Shown in pieces: positions 39,735 through 49,370 of a DNA stretch of 64,000 nt. Within the stretch, counting starts at the first letter, position 1, and the number at the start of each line of letters is the position of its first letter. The translations under genes and the position numbers were made by a program. The stretch spans positions 1 to 64,000 of IMG/VR virus record IMGVR_UViG_3300035698_010479; one strand, written 5' to 3'. The notes under the pieces are model-generated. The model was not told where the DNA came from, did not search any database, and was given only the letters and a program-made list of their open reading frames with translations.

Positions 39735-40449
39735 ACCTATAAAATATATTGAAGTATCTCTGAATAAACCTGGAACAAAAGAAAAAGGATTATTTCTTAA
39801 CTATGATGCAGTAACAAAAATGGTGAGACTTGTTCTTGATGGTAAGAACACCACTGGAACTTTTTCATTGGCATTTATAACAGTATCAAGTATACTTGTT
39901 GTAAATGTAGAGGGTCTAATGGATAGTGTGTTTAATGCCTCAGACGGATCGCAAAAACTTGCTATTGAAATGTTGTTGGAGCTAAGTGAACAGCTTAAAA
40001 AAGAAAATAAGGTAAACGCATCTGGTTTTGTTAATATTGCAGCATACAAAGATGTGCCTGTTAAATATACAAAAGATGCAACAATAGTGTTACCTATGGT
40101 TAGACCTAGCACCTATGCGAATAATACAATTATACCACCACCTAAAATAGGTTTTTTAACTACAAAACCTATTAGTACAGCCACGTATTTGCCTGCTAAA
40201 AAGATTATTATTATTTATAGAAAATCTGAATTACCAACTAGTAAATTACTGGCAGCTATGAAGAAAAAGGCAGCTGCTGCTTGTTTAAATAATTATAAAT
40301 TGAAAGCAGAACCATTGAGTGAAGAAGACACTGATATTGATGTAGACAAGGCTGCTGAGGATATAATGAAAGAAGCTTACGGTAACAGTGATTGGAATGA
40401 TGAATATGGCTACGCTGGAGCGCATGGAATGCATGGAAGAATGATGTAA
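39727..40449 (+). CDS. hypothetical protein
   Basis: 240 aa, coupled to both neighbours. Confidence 0.6.
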   Translation: MLKPIKYIEVSLNKPGTKEKGLFLNYDAVTKMVRLVLDGKNTTGTFSLAFITVSSILVVNVEGLMDSVFNASDGSQKLAIEMLLELSEQLKKENKVNASGFVNIAAYKDVPVKYTKDATIVLPMVRPSTYANNTIIPPPKIGFLTTKPISTATYLPAKKIIIIYRKSELPTSKLLAAMKKKAAAACLNNYKLKAEPLSEEDTDIDVDKAAEDIMKEAYGNSDWNDEYGYAGAHGMHGRMM

Positions 40450-41432
40450 TGATAATTGGTAATACGAAAATAAAAGAGCAGATTCACGTAGCATTAGAGT
40501 CTGCTCATAAAAGAAATATGGCACCACCACATATGTTAATGTCAGGACATCCTGGGTGTGGTAAAACATCAACTTCAAAAGAAGTAGCAAAGCAGATGGG
40601 TACTGACTTTATTTCGTTAATTCCAGAAACACTAAAAGATCAAAGGTCCATATTAAACCTTCTTGATTCATTAAATTTTATTGGTTATGATGAGTTGGGA
40701 AATAGAGAATCACAAATTCAACCTACTATCGTATTTGTAGATGAGTGCCATAGGATACCCATGTATGGGCAAGAAAAACTAGGCATGTTAATGGAGAATT
40801 TTACACTGGATACAGGTAAAATAGGAAAAGTATATTGGGTACCTTACTTCACACTTATAGGTGCAACTACACTTGCAGGTAGTATGTCAAAACCTTTTTT
40901 AGATAGATTTAAACTCAACTTCTTTTTTGAAACTTATGATATATACGATTCAGTTGAGATTGTAAATTACCATGCTAAAAGATTGGGAATACCAATAACT
41001 AAAAAGGCGGTTATAGATGTTGCCTCGCGTGGTCGTGGTGTTCCTAGAATTATGGTAAAATATCTAGAAAGATGTAGAGACATGATGTTAGCTGTTGGAA
41101 GTGCTTTGGTTACCAGTAAATTAAGTAGTGATACATTTGAAAGTTTAGAAATAGATAGCAGAGGTTTTAATAAGTTAGAATTAAAAGTATTAAAAGCACT
41201 CTATGATTATGACAAACCGCTCTCACTGGAAAATTTGGTTATGATGACTGGCGAATCAAAGGAAACAATTCAGAGTGATATTGAGTCACATCTAATTAAA
41301 AATGGCCTTCTTGTAAGATCTGGTAAAGGTAGATCAATAACTTCTCAGGGACGTCTATACTTAGAAGAAGAAGGTTATGCCGGTAGTGGTTTGGGTAGAA
41401 AAACAATTCCAATAAACTATGCTCGTGGCTGA
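40449..41432 (+). CDS. ruvB: Holliday junction branch-migration ATPase RuvB
   Basis: IIGN..IKEQ, HMLMSGHPGCGKTS, FVDECHR, MENF, FTLIGATT.AG, P..DRF, RGVPRI, E..L...G...RS.KGR. Confidence 0.9.
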   Translation: MIIGNTKIKEQIHVALESAHKRNMAPPHMLMSGHPGCGKTSTSKEVAKQMGTDFISLIPETLKDQRSILNLLDSLNFIGYDELGNRESQIQPTIVFVDECHRIPMYGQEKLGMLMENFTLDTGKIGKVYWVPYFTLIGATTLAGSMSKPFLDRFKLNFFFETYDIYDSVEIVNYHAKRLGIPITKKAVIDVASRGRGVPRIMVKYLERCRDMMLAVGSALVTSKLSSDTFESLEIDSRGFNKLELKVLKALYDYDKPLSLENLVMMTGESKETIQSDIESHLIKNGLLVRSGKGRSITSQGRLYLEEEGYAGSGLGRKTIPINYARG

Positions 41433-41450
41433 AGCTGGGGGTGGTGTGAA

Positions 41451-41705
41451 ATGAAGTTAACAGTGACTAATCGTTCTGAAGAAGAAGTAGAAGAACGCGA
41501 TTATCGTAGAGCCTTGGAGATAGTAGGAGAAAGTAATGGTACCAAAATATCATTAAGTTTTTCTGATGGGGAGCCGGAAGATGCTAATATATCACGTGAT
41601 TTTAATGATGTATACAGTATAGAAAATATTATAGAACTTGCTTATAACGCAGGTAAAAATAACGAAGTACTTGTAATCAAACATTTAGTAAGTAGTGAGA
41701 TTTAA
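41451..41705 (+). CDS. hypothetical protein
   Basis: 84 aa; DGEPEDA...RDF motif. Confidence 0.55.
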   Translation: MKLTVTNRSEEEVEERDYRRALEIVGESNGTKISLSFSDGEPEDANISRDFNDVYSIENIIELAYNAGKNNEVLVIKHLVSSEI

Positions 41706-42172
41706 TGTTTTGTTTGGTTACATATGTTTTGTGTGGAGTGGTGAGTGTGTTGTACTACATCTTGTAGAGAACAGCACCAGCCTTTTATCATCCATTAAGT
41801 AATATGCAATAGGCCAAGTAGAATTAGCTAAGCTAATGACGAACGGTGTTGCTAAAAAGAAAATGAATATCGTATAGAACAGGCGTAGTATTATTATCTA
41901 TAAAACCCTAGTGGATGTGACTAGGTGGGTTTTTAAGGTCTTTTTACCTCTTACAGGAATAAAAACACCCTCGTACACATATGTGTATGAAAACTACTGT
42001 CTTCTTTGTTGTTTTCTTCTCTACAGAAAGAAAGCACCCATAGATAATAGAGAAACGTTCGAATCGTTTCTATTCATAGACTTTACTTTACATGGACTAC
42101 CTAGCGGCAAGGGGCTAATGTGCCGCGCTTCATCCACTTATTTACAATTAATCAACGAAGAGGAACAACATT

Positions 42173-42655
42173 ATGAAACCACAAGCAAATAAACCAGTAA
42201 TTCACGAAGAAGACCTGCGAAGCTTTAATGATGACATTAAATATGTTTATTTTGGCCGTATGAAAGATACCAATGCACACAACGGAGTTGTCTGTGTAGG
42301 CTATAAAGTCGACAAAACAGGTACTGTACTCCGTATGGCTGCTGCCTTTTGTAGTCCTGAAGATATTTTCGAAAAGAAAGAGAGTCGTGCTAGAGTAAAT
42401 GTGCGTATTAATGCCGGTGCTTTCGAAGAACTTATTAAAGATACAGACGAGATTTCAGAAGATAATCCTTTGTTCACTGATATGAAATATGAGGATATTA
42501 TTGACATTATCATAACTACTGTGAACTCTACTATTCCTGCAGATTGGGAAAATTACAAATCGTACCTCAATAATGCTAAACCTTACCCAAAATTCGCACG
42601 TATACCTCTCCCATGGTGGCTGGCAGGGTGGCGTCTTGTACCAGTGAAACAATAA
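42173..42655 (+). CDS. hypothetical phage protein
   Basis: GAGGA RBS; AFCSPEDIFEKK..R motif seen in small phage proteins. Confidence 0.65.
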   Translation: MKPQANKPVIHEEDLRSFNDDIKYVYFGRMKDTNAHNGVVCVGYKVDKTGTVLRMAAAFCSPEDIFEKKESRARVNVRINAGAFEELIKDTDEISEDNPLFTDMKYEDIIDIIITTVNSTIPADWENYKSYLNNAKPYPKFARIPLPWWLAGWRLVPVKQ

Positions 42656-42733
42656 TTCAATTTTTTTGGTAGTACCATGTATTTTAGTTTTCTTGCCTTC
42701 AGTAATAAACTAACCTATATAGTATTACCATCT

Positions 42734-42814
42734 GCGATGGTGGCGTAAAGGCAGCCGCACCAGGCCTAGAACCTGGCGTTGAAGAACGTGAGAGTTCGAA
42801 TCTCTCCCATCGCA
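42734..42814 (+). tRNA. tRNA-Leu(TAG)
   Basis: GCGATGG/CCATCGC acceptor; CCAGG-CCTAGAA-CCTGG anticodon arm; long variable arm; GAGAG-TTCGAAT-CTCTC. Confidence 0.85.
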
Positions 42815-42845
42815 TACAGTAATACATTATATAAAGGAGTTAATA

Positions 42846-43319
42846 ATGGCGTCAGTAATTCAAGGTTTGAAAAGAATCAAACATCTTCTACGTAAAATCG
42901 AAACAACACAAGGACGTATATCACGTTGGTGTTCTTACACCGATGATGAACAACCTCTATACACAGATATCAATGCAATGATCCAATCAGCAAATGATAT
43001 GCAGGCAGAGATTGGTAAAATTCGTCATGCTATTCATCATCTAAACGCTACAACTAAAGTTTCATTTAAAGGTAAAGAAACTACACTTGATGAACTGCTT
43101 ATTGAAGCTACTGTTAATATACCTGTCCGTATTGGAACTTTGAAGACTCTTCGTAGGAAAGAGAAACATGGTTACGGTGGTAATAATAAAGATGTTAAAG
43201 TGTTAATTCAATATGACCCTCACAAGCGTGACAAAGATTTGGATGCTTTGATTGAACTTCAATCTGATATTAATGATTTTATTGACATTATGAATATTCA
43301 ATTAGAGCTACCTTACTAG
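42846..43319 (+). CDS. coiled-coil protein, DIP1984/septicolysin-like
   Basis: AGGAG RBS; KIRHAIHHLNATTKV...TLDELL...IDIMN pattern. Confidence 0.5.
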   Translation: MASVIQGLKRIKHLLRKIETTQGRISRWCSYTDDEQPLYTDINAMIQSANDMQAEIGKIRHAIHHLNATTKVSFKGKETTLDELLIEATVNIPVRIGTLKTLRRKEKHGYGGNNKDVKVLIQYDPHKRDKDLDALIELQSDINDFIDIMNIQLELPY

Positions 43320-43320
43320 T

Positions 43321-43527
43321 TTGATTGTATGGGTAGTGATAAAGATCTATGAAAAATCTTTTATACTGATTCAGGGGCTGGACAACCAGCAAGATTAGGG
43401 TTGAGGGCTTAGGGATTAGGATTATAGGTATTAGTACTTATAACACAAATAAAAATCCTTGTAGTAGAATATGGTTTTTAAAAGATTTCCCTTTAGGTGC
43501 TCACAAGGCAGCTATCTGTACAATTAA
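43321..43527 (+). ncRNA. structured RNA enclosing a (T)TAGGG-like heptamer array
   Basis: 17-bp terminal stem 43321-43337/43511-43527; repeats at 43394-43443. Confidence 0.5.
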
Positions 43528-43531
43528 TTGG

Positions 43532-43604
43532 AGGGATGTAACTCAATTGGTAGAGTACTTGGTTTTGAGCCAAGGAGTCGTAGGTTCGAGTCCTACCATC
43601 CCCG
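43532..43604 (+). tRNA. tRNA-Gln(TTG)
   Basis: CTTGG-TTTTGAG-CCAAG anticodon arm; GTAGG-TTCGAGT-CCTAC. Confidence 0.88.
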
Positions 43605-43618
43605 TAGGAAGTAATTAT

Positions 43619-43691
43619 GGTGTCTGAAAGCAACCGGTGCGCTGCTTGGCTGTGACCCAAGTGCAAATGGGTTCGATTCCCATCGGACACA
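43619..43691 (+). tRNA. tRNA-His(GTG)
   Basis: G-1 + GTGTCTG/CGGACAC; CTTGG-CTGTGAC-CCAAG; ATGGG-TTCGATT-CCCAT. Confidence 0.8.
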
Positions 43692-43702
43692 CACAAAGTC
43701 TG

Positions 43703-44078
43703 TATAATTAAGGAGGTAGGCTTAGGAGCAGCCATCGGTACAAGTCCAACTATTTAACGCTAAAACGTTTATAGTGTCTCAGGGCCGACTAAACGAAACT
43801 TAGTACCATTAAATTCGGATGTGAGGGAGCGTATAGCCTTTAAAGAGTGGATCGTGATTCTTGGAATAGAGACGTTAATGGGGAATCCATTACAATACTA
43901 TTCTTCTATACGGATAGTTGTAGAACTGAGGATGAACTCTCAGACGTGACCGTATAAGACGCAAAGGAGTAGTTCACCAGTGACTAGGCTGAGAGTGGTT
44001 GACAACTCGTGCCCATACCTACACTGCGAAGTTAGACTCAACCATGGATTCTTTGGCGTAAAAGCACACTTAATTATA
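43703..44078 (+). ncRNA. RNA containing a split mimic of the 23S rRNA L11-binding domain (H43/H44)
   Basis: AGGAGGTAGGCTTAGGAGCAGCCATC (43711-43736) + CTTTAAAGAGTG (43838-43849) + GCGTAAAAGCACACT (44056-44070), closed by TATAATTA/TAATTATA. Confidence 0.75.
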
Positions 44079-44301
44079 TATTTTTAGAGGTGTCACATAT
44101 AATGTGTAATAAAACAGATTGTAGAATAGAGTGTATTAATTGCGGGTACCCGTACTCTGAAGCAAGATACCCTGATATTTTAGAAAAACCAATGCAGTGT
44201 AATACATCATATGAAGTATTAAACAACTATATAAATAAAATTACAACACGTATAAATAAGATCACAGCAAATAGAAAAACAGTTAATAAATTGGAGTAAT
44301 T

Positions 44302-44733
44302 ATGGATTTATTGGATTTTTTTGATGTATACAATGTAGAACATCTAAAAGCTTACAAACATCTTACAGAAAAAGGTTCGTGGCCCGAAGGATTCCTACCA
44401 GAAAATTGTATACTATCTAATGTATGGCAGTATAAAATAGCTGCTAAATTAGCTGTGACACACATTAACTACACGTTAAGTGGAAAAGATGTATGTGTTT
44501 TTTGTAATTCATCCGATACTGTAAGGTTTAAAGAGCATTATACTTTTTGTAGTGAATGTTCTGCAATATATACATCAATGATTATACAAAAAAAGAATTG
44601 TGATCATATAACAGATAACACTGTTGTAGTAGAACATGAACCTTGGTATAAACATATACGTGATAGTAAAGTATATATAATTGATGGGGAATGTTCTGAA
44701 TGCGGAAATGCGGTTGTTACTGACGGTTGGTAA
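44302..44733 (+). CDS. hypothetical zinc-finger protein
   Basis: CVFC, CSEC, CSEC pairs; GGAG RBS. Confidence 0.6.
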   Translation: MDLLDFFDVYNVEHLKAYKHLTEKGSWPEGFLPENCILSNVWQYKIAAKLAVTHINYTLSGKDVCVFCNSSDTVRFKEHYTFCSECSAIYTSMIIQKKNCDHITDNTVVVEHEPWYKHIRDSKVYIIDGECSECGNAVVTDGW

Positions 44734-44771
44734 TATATATATATATAATAAATTAGTCAATAGGAGTACAT

Positions 44772-45335
44772 ATGTGGTATAATTTCTTCATAGTTGGTGG
44801 AATATGGTTTTGGTTACTTGTAGGAATTGAATTATGCACTTTGCTATTTTTTACACACAATGAGGAGTTTGCAATAGCTACTGTTACATTAGTATTATTT
44901 CTAATAGTTGCGCATTTATTTGGAGACCTAGCAGTATTTTCTTACATAAAAAATAATCCATTAGATATATTACGTAAATTAATGGTTTACCTATTTATAG
45001 GTGTAGTGTTTTACTTTCTATATGCTGCATATACTATGGCTTTATGTAAAACAAACATCAAGAAATACAAAGAAGCATTCAAGTCTAACCCAAGAGGTTT
45101 TTCTAGTTGGGAGACTTATTATAAAGAACATGCCAATCGTTGTGACAGAGAGAAAGCTGCTTTAACTTACTATAAAGATAGGGCTCCTTTGTGGATCATA
45201 TATTGGCCAATAGTTTCTATAAGTGCTTTATTTGGTGATCTATTAGTTAATTGTGTGCGTTTCGCCTACTCACTATTTTTTGAGCGTATTATTAAAAAAC
45301 TACATTCAAAAATTATTGGTAATATTACAGAGTAA
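44772..45335 (+). CDS. membrane protein
   Basis: Several hydrophobic helices; WIIYWP; AGGAG RBS. Confidence 0.7.
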   Translation: MWYNFFIVGGIWFWLLVGIELCTLLFFTHNEEFAIATVTLVLFLIVAHLFGDLAVFSYIKNNPLDILRKLMVYLFIGVVFYFLYAAYTMALCKTNIKKYKEAFKSNPRGFSSWETYYKEHANRCDREKAALTYYKDRAPLWIIYWPIVSISALFGDLLVNCVRFAYSLFFERIIKKLHSKIIGNITE

Positions 45336-45545
45336 CATATGCATAAATTTCCAGAAGAGGTTCCAAAAAAAGATGAGTTAGTAATTGCTTACATAAAAGG
45401 TGGCGGTTTTATACTTTCTCGCTACAGTAATGCATTAACATGGTCTGGTAGAAAGATGAAATTTATAAACCTGATGTCCAATGGGTTTTGGAGGGATGAT
45501 GTTATAGGGTGGAATAGGGTACCTAAAACGTCAGACACTATATAA

Positions 45546-45860
45546 ATGTACATACAGCTAAAAGATAAAGATAATTTCAAATCAGGTATTCTTTACATTC
45601 AATGTGATGAAGAAGAATTTCTTGTACAAATATATAAATGGTTGAAAGAATTAAAGGAATGGGTAAATACTACCATATACACAGGAATGCCCTTAAGTAG
45701 GTTTGAACCTGACACAGCAATGGTTGATTTGATCTGGCATCTTTGTGAATACTATAACAAAACAAGTATGTTAAGAGAAAAAGGTAGAATTATTGGTACA
45801 TTTAGATTAATATCATATAATGTACATGATAAAGATATTACTACTATTTTATTGAACTGA
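45546..45860 (+). CDS. hypothetical protein
   Basis: 104-aa ORF. Confidence 0.5.
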   Translation: MYIQLKDKDNFKSGILYIQCDEEEFLVQIYKWLKELKEWVNTTIYTGMPLSRFEPDTAMVDLIWHLCEYYNKTSMLREKGRIIGTFRLISYNVHDKDITTILLN

Positions 45861-45867
45861 ATTATAT

Positions 45868-45941
45868 GTACCTGTAGCTCAGCTGGATAGAGCATCTGCC
45901 TTCTAAGCAGAATGTCGCAGGTCCGAGTCCTGCCAGGCATA
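45868..45941 (+). tRNA. tRNA-Arg(TCT)
   Basis: TAGCTCAGCTGGATAGAGCA D arm; TCTGC-CTTCTAA-GCAGA; GCAGG-TCCGAGT-CCTGC. Confidence 0.88.
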
Positions 45942-46457
45942 AAATTGAGATTACTATTACACTAAAGGCACACGCTGAAGAAATATTAAGGGAATAAACG
46001 CTTATCTAGAGATAAGATTGTGACTACGCTAGCCGTGTAGAATACTCGACAGTATATATGCCTTAAAGCCTCGTAACTTAGTGTAGTAGTGATATTTAAA
46101 GGAGCTAAATGCAAACATCAAGCATAGTATTTGTTGTATTAATTATTGTAAATATTATAGTTGTAAATTTATTTTTTGAATGTAAAAAGACTAATAATTA
46201 TTATCCTTATTTTTATGCGTGTTTTGGTGGTATAGGTACATGGCTACTTGGTACTTATATATTTTGTAGGTTTTTAGTTAAACGTTATAATATAAAATTT
46301 TTTTAGGTTAGGATTATTGTAAGACGCTGCACAAGAGCTATTACAAAATTTAGGGTTGGTAGTTTCTTTCAGACAGTTTGGACATATTGTCATAGTATTT
46401 TTTCCTTATTCGAATTGGTTATGTTATACTTAAGTATAGCTAGTTAATTCGAATAAA

Positions 46458-46532
46458 GGGCGTGTAGCTCAGCTAGGTTAGAGCACTCCCCTCATGAGGG
46501 AGACGTCCAAGGTTCGATTCCTTGCGCGCCCA
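46458..46532 (+). tRNA. tRNA with CAT anticodon (Ile2 or elongator Met)
   Basis: GGGCGTG/CGCGCCC; CTCCC-CTCATGA-GGGAG; CAAGG-TTCGATT-CCTTG. Confidence 0.85.
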
Positions 46533-46656
46533 AATAAAATTTTGTACGTCGAGCCATTGCTGGTAAGTGGTGCTACTGCCGTAGATTAAAGAAGAGACAT
46601 ACTCCGCCCACGTACAATTAGTAATATAATATTAAAAATTAAACTTTAGGTGCTTT

Positions 46657-46968
46657 ATGAGTAAAACTTATAAAAGTATTCTAGGATATAAAGTAATTGA
46701 GGATTCAAGATTGGTAGTTGATGGACCATTAGTCACTGTCAAAAGAACCTTGTTCGAAAGATTATTTTCTTGGCCATGGCAACCTAAAGTAAGAGAAAAA
46801 ATAGTACCAAGTAAATTACCAAAAAAAGAAATACGTAAAACAGGCGAATATTTAATAATGCATCCGCTTGTTGCAAAAAGATTACGTATTTATATGAACT
46901 TTAAAAAATATTCTTTAGTTAGGTTATATCTTCTACAACATCTAAGAGAATCTAAACATATAAAATAG
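46657..46968 (+). CDS. hypothetical protein
   Basis: 103 aa; RT..ERLFSWPW.P...LIMHP motif seen in phage proteins. Confidence 0.6.
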   Translation: MSKTYKSILGYKVIEDSRLVVDGPLVTVKRTLFERLFSWPWQPKVREKIVPSKLPKKEIRKTGEYLIMHPLVAKRLRIYMNFKKYSLVRLYLLQHLRESKHIK

Positions 46969-46975
46969 GAGGATT

Positions 46976-47494
46976 ATGATATTTAATCCTAGTATACATG
47001 TAAGTAAAATGAGTCATCCAAAAAGTGTCGATCATAAAAGGTTCTTCGTTTACAAACAAGGCAAATGTTACTTAGGAGGAGCTTGTATTTCTCAACTACG
47101 TACATTCGCGACGCAGAGAAGAGATTCTCTTGACATATCAAAAGAAGTTGTTATATTAGAAACAAATGTGATATCTACATTATTAGATGCTGGTTTCTCT
47201 ATTGAGAAGATATCGGCTTCTTATGATAAATTAGTACAGGAATTTACTGAAGATAAAGAAAAATGTCAGCAAAGATATAAAGATGACTTGTATAAATGGT
47301 TAGGTATTATGGACATGCGGAAGGATACTTTTGATAAGTTCTATAATCTAGCTAGGCTATTAAGTGAGAGTGAGAGGTTTGAATTCGGTTACGAAGAATA
47401 TAGAAGTGCAAATTTAGCAGAAGATTTTGAGCTTAATCTAAGAGAATTAGTTGATATTGGGTTAGCACTTGTTAAAGATTTAAAACAAAAATAA
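46976..47494 (+). CDS. hypothetical protein
   Basis: AGGAGG RBS; 172 aa. Confidence 0.6.
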   Translation: MIFNPSIHVSKMSHPKSVDHKRFFVYKQGKCYLGGACISQLRTFATQRRDSLDISKEVVILETNVISTLLDAGFSIEKISASYDKLVQEFTEDKEKCQQRYKDDLYKWLGIMDMRKDTFDKFYNLARLLSESERFEFGYEEYRSANLAEDFELNLRELVDIGLALVKDLKQK

Positions 47495-47696
47495 CACGAG
47501 GTGTATATGCGTAGAAATAATGTAAAGAAAACAAAACATAATAAAATCAATCGGATGACTACTGATACTCTTACTGGTTTTATAAAAGAATTAGAAAAAG
47601 CAAATCAAGGTAATAGTAAAGTGTATGCTATGGCTATACAAACATTAGCATTATCCAAAAATAAAATTGTAAAATAAAACATATTAGGTGACCATT

Positions 47697-48350
47697 ATGA
47701 AAATGCTTATTCCTGTATTTTTATTAATATTCTTATTTTGTACACCAGCAATGGCTACTGTAATGAATTATGATGGTTGCCGGTATGATTGTCATGAAGA
47801 AAAAACAACTTACACAAAACGTTGGGATACTGTAAAAGAAATTAAACATACAGACATCGTGAAAGAAATGTTATATATTAATAGAACTTCTACACCAATA
47901 ATTGGTCCTAATGATATATTAAGACAATGTATTAACTATATTGAATACGATAAAATCAAAAATGGTGTCACTGCCGGAACAGTTACTGATTATACACTAA
48001 TAAACGGTAGAGTTGGTAATAAAAGTGGTGAAACCTTTGCTAGATGTGATGATCCTACAAATGAAAAATGGATTAAAAAATGGGTAGAGGAACTAGAAGT
48101 AGACAAAACTGTAACCTGGTCTGAATTTATTACAATACCAAATGAAGATTTATTTACTATAAGTAAGTGGGTATGTTTTCCACTAACTGAATCAGTGATT
48201 ACATATTTTCGTGGTGGTGGTGGGTATGATTATCCACATAACTATACACCACCAATAGGAAGTGCACCAGTACCGGAGCCATCTACAATATTGCTATTAG
48301 GGGTAGGTCTTTTAGGTTTTGCTTCCATAAGTAAATTTAGAAAGAAATAA
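47697..48350 (+). CDS. PEP-CTERM sorting-domain protein
   Basis: Signal peptide ending AMA; C-terminal APVPEPSTILLLGVGLLGFASISKFRKK. Confidence 0.85.
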   Translation: MKMLIPVFLLIFLFCTPAMATVMNYDGCRYDCHEEKTTYTKRWDTVKEIKHTDIVKEMLYINRTSTPIIGPNDILRQCINYIEYDKIKNGVTAGTVTDYTLINGRVGNKSGETFARCDDPTNEKWIKKWVEELEVDKTVTWSEFITIPNEDLFTISKWVCFPLTESVITYFRGGGGYDYPHNYTPPIGSAPVPEPSTILLLGVGLLGFASISKFRKK

Positions 48351-48386
48351 AATTGTATTACTAAACACAACTAAAGGAGTAAAGGA

Positions 48387-48653
48387 ATGGAAAAAAAAGG
48401 CACACTAAGAGACATGGTATCAGGAGTATTTTCATCATCATCGCCACCGGCTAAAAAGACATATGCACAAATTGTTTCAAAGTTCAGTGAAACACGTACA
48501 TAGTTGCAAACTTTGGTAGCAGATAGTGAAACAAATATCGCTAATCTAGATACTCAAATTGCACAGCTTGAAATAGAAAAAGAACGAGAAGCAGAAGAAA
48601 AAATTAGTGCTATTGGTACTTTGGATTTTCTGGATAAATTTATTAAATTTTAA
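48387..48653 (+). pseudogene. coiled-coil ORF with one in-frame TAG (48501-48503)
   Basis: AAGGAG RBS; the frame stays open and helical for 49 codons after the TAG. Confidence 0.55.
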
Positions 48654-49136
48654 GTATAATAAATACACTATGTGGAGGGGGTAGTAAAGATTGTGCAGCA
48701 CTGAAAACTCCGAGAAGTGCATCCCATGAAGTGACTTTCTTAACTGCTTGGATAAGTATGGGACTGGCTAGTCACCAAAGTGTGCTTCGGTCACACCACA
48801 ATCTTGTTGCAACATAATTAAGATAGTTACTCGATTAATTATGTAATTTTGGGTAGAGTAACTATATAAATCTTAGTTTATTACAAACGATGGTGTCTTA
48901 AGGTTTATGAATGGACATCTTAATGAATGGCGCAGAAACTTAAAACACAAGCGCAAGTCTTTGGACATCGAAGACGGACATCAGTAGGTTCCCTGGACGC
49001 GTGAACTGGGTTCCTACTGATTTTTATTTTATATTTATACTAGGTAGTTTATAGTGTATAGGTTGATACAATGTGCCTGGAATACACATTGACACTGCTG
49101 AACACTCTGTAATCTATCACGTATAAACTACCTATT

Positions 49137-49370
49137 ATGAATAATAAGATATTAGATCTACATGGAGTAAAACACGAAGATGTAAAGCAATTAGTAATTA
49201 ACTTTATAGAGAATAACTGGACAATAGAAGAAAGTTTAGTTGTAGTTACAGGACATAGTAGAAAGATGAAAAATATTGTTATAGTAGTACTTAATGAGTA
49301 TAAATTACAGTATATACCTGGGGATATATTTAATGAATTAGCCCCTAAAATTATATTTTGGGTGAGATAA
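49137..49370 (+). CDS. Smr/MutS2-like domain protein
   Basis: ILDLHGV...VVTGHS. Confidence 0.75.
   Translation: MNNKILDLHGVKHEDVKQLVINFIENNWTIEESLVVVTGHSRKMKNIVIVVLNEYKLQYIPGDIFNELAPKIIFWVR

Noticed and set aside
42173-42655. Assignment as an anti-defence nucleotide sponge
   Set aside because: The CSPED.F motif only loosely recalls such proteins; cannot be supported without a structure search
43703-44078. A true rRNA gene or host rRNA contamination
   Set aside because: Only about 55 nt match, split by two inserts and closed by a phage-like AT stem; flanks are phage tRNAs and ORFs
44733-44748. Short (TA)n run
   Set aside because: Unremarkable in an AT-rich intergenic gap
48975-49025. Resemblance of AGTAGGTTCCC...ACGCGTGAACTGGGTTC to 23S peptidyl-transferase-region sequence
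   Set aside because: Short, gapped match; it folds more simply as a terminator-like hairpin (ATCAGTAGG/CCTACTGAT + T run)
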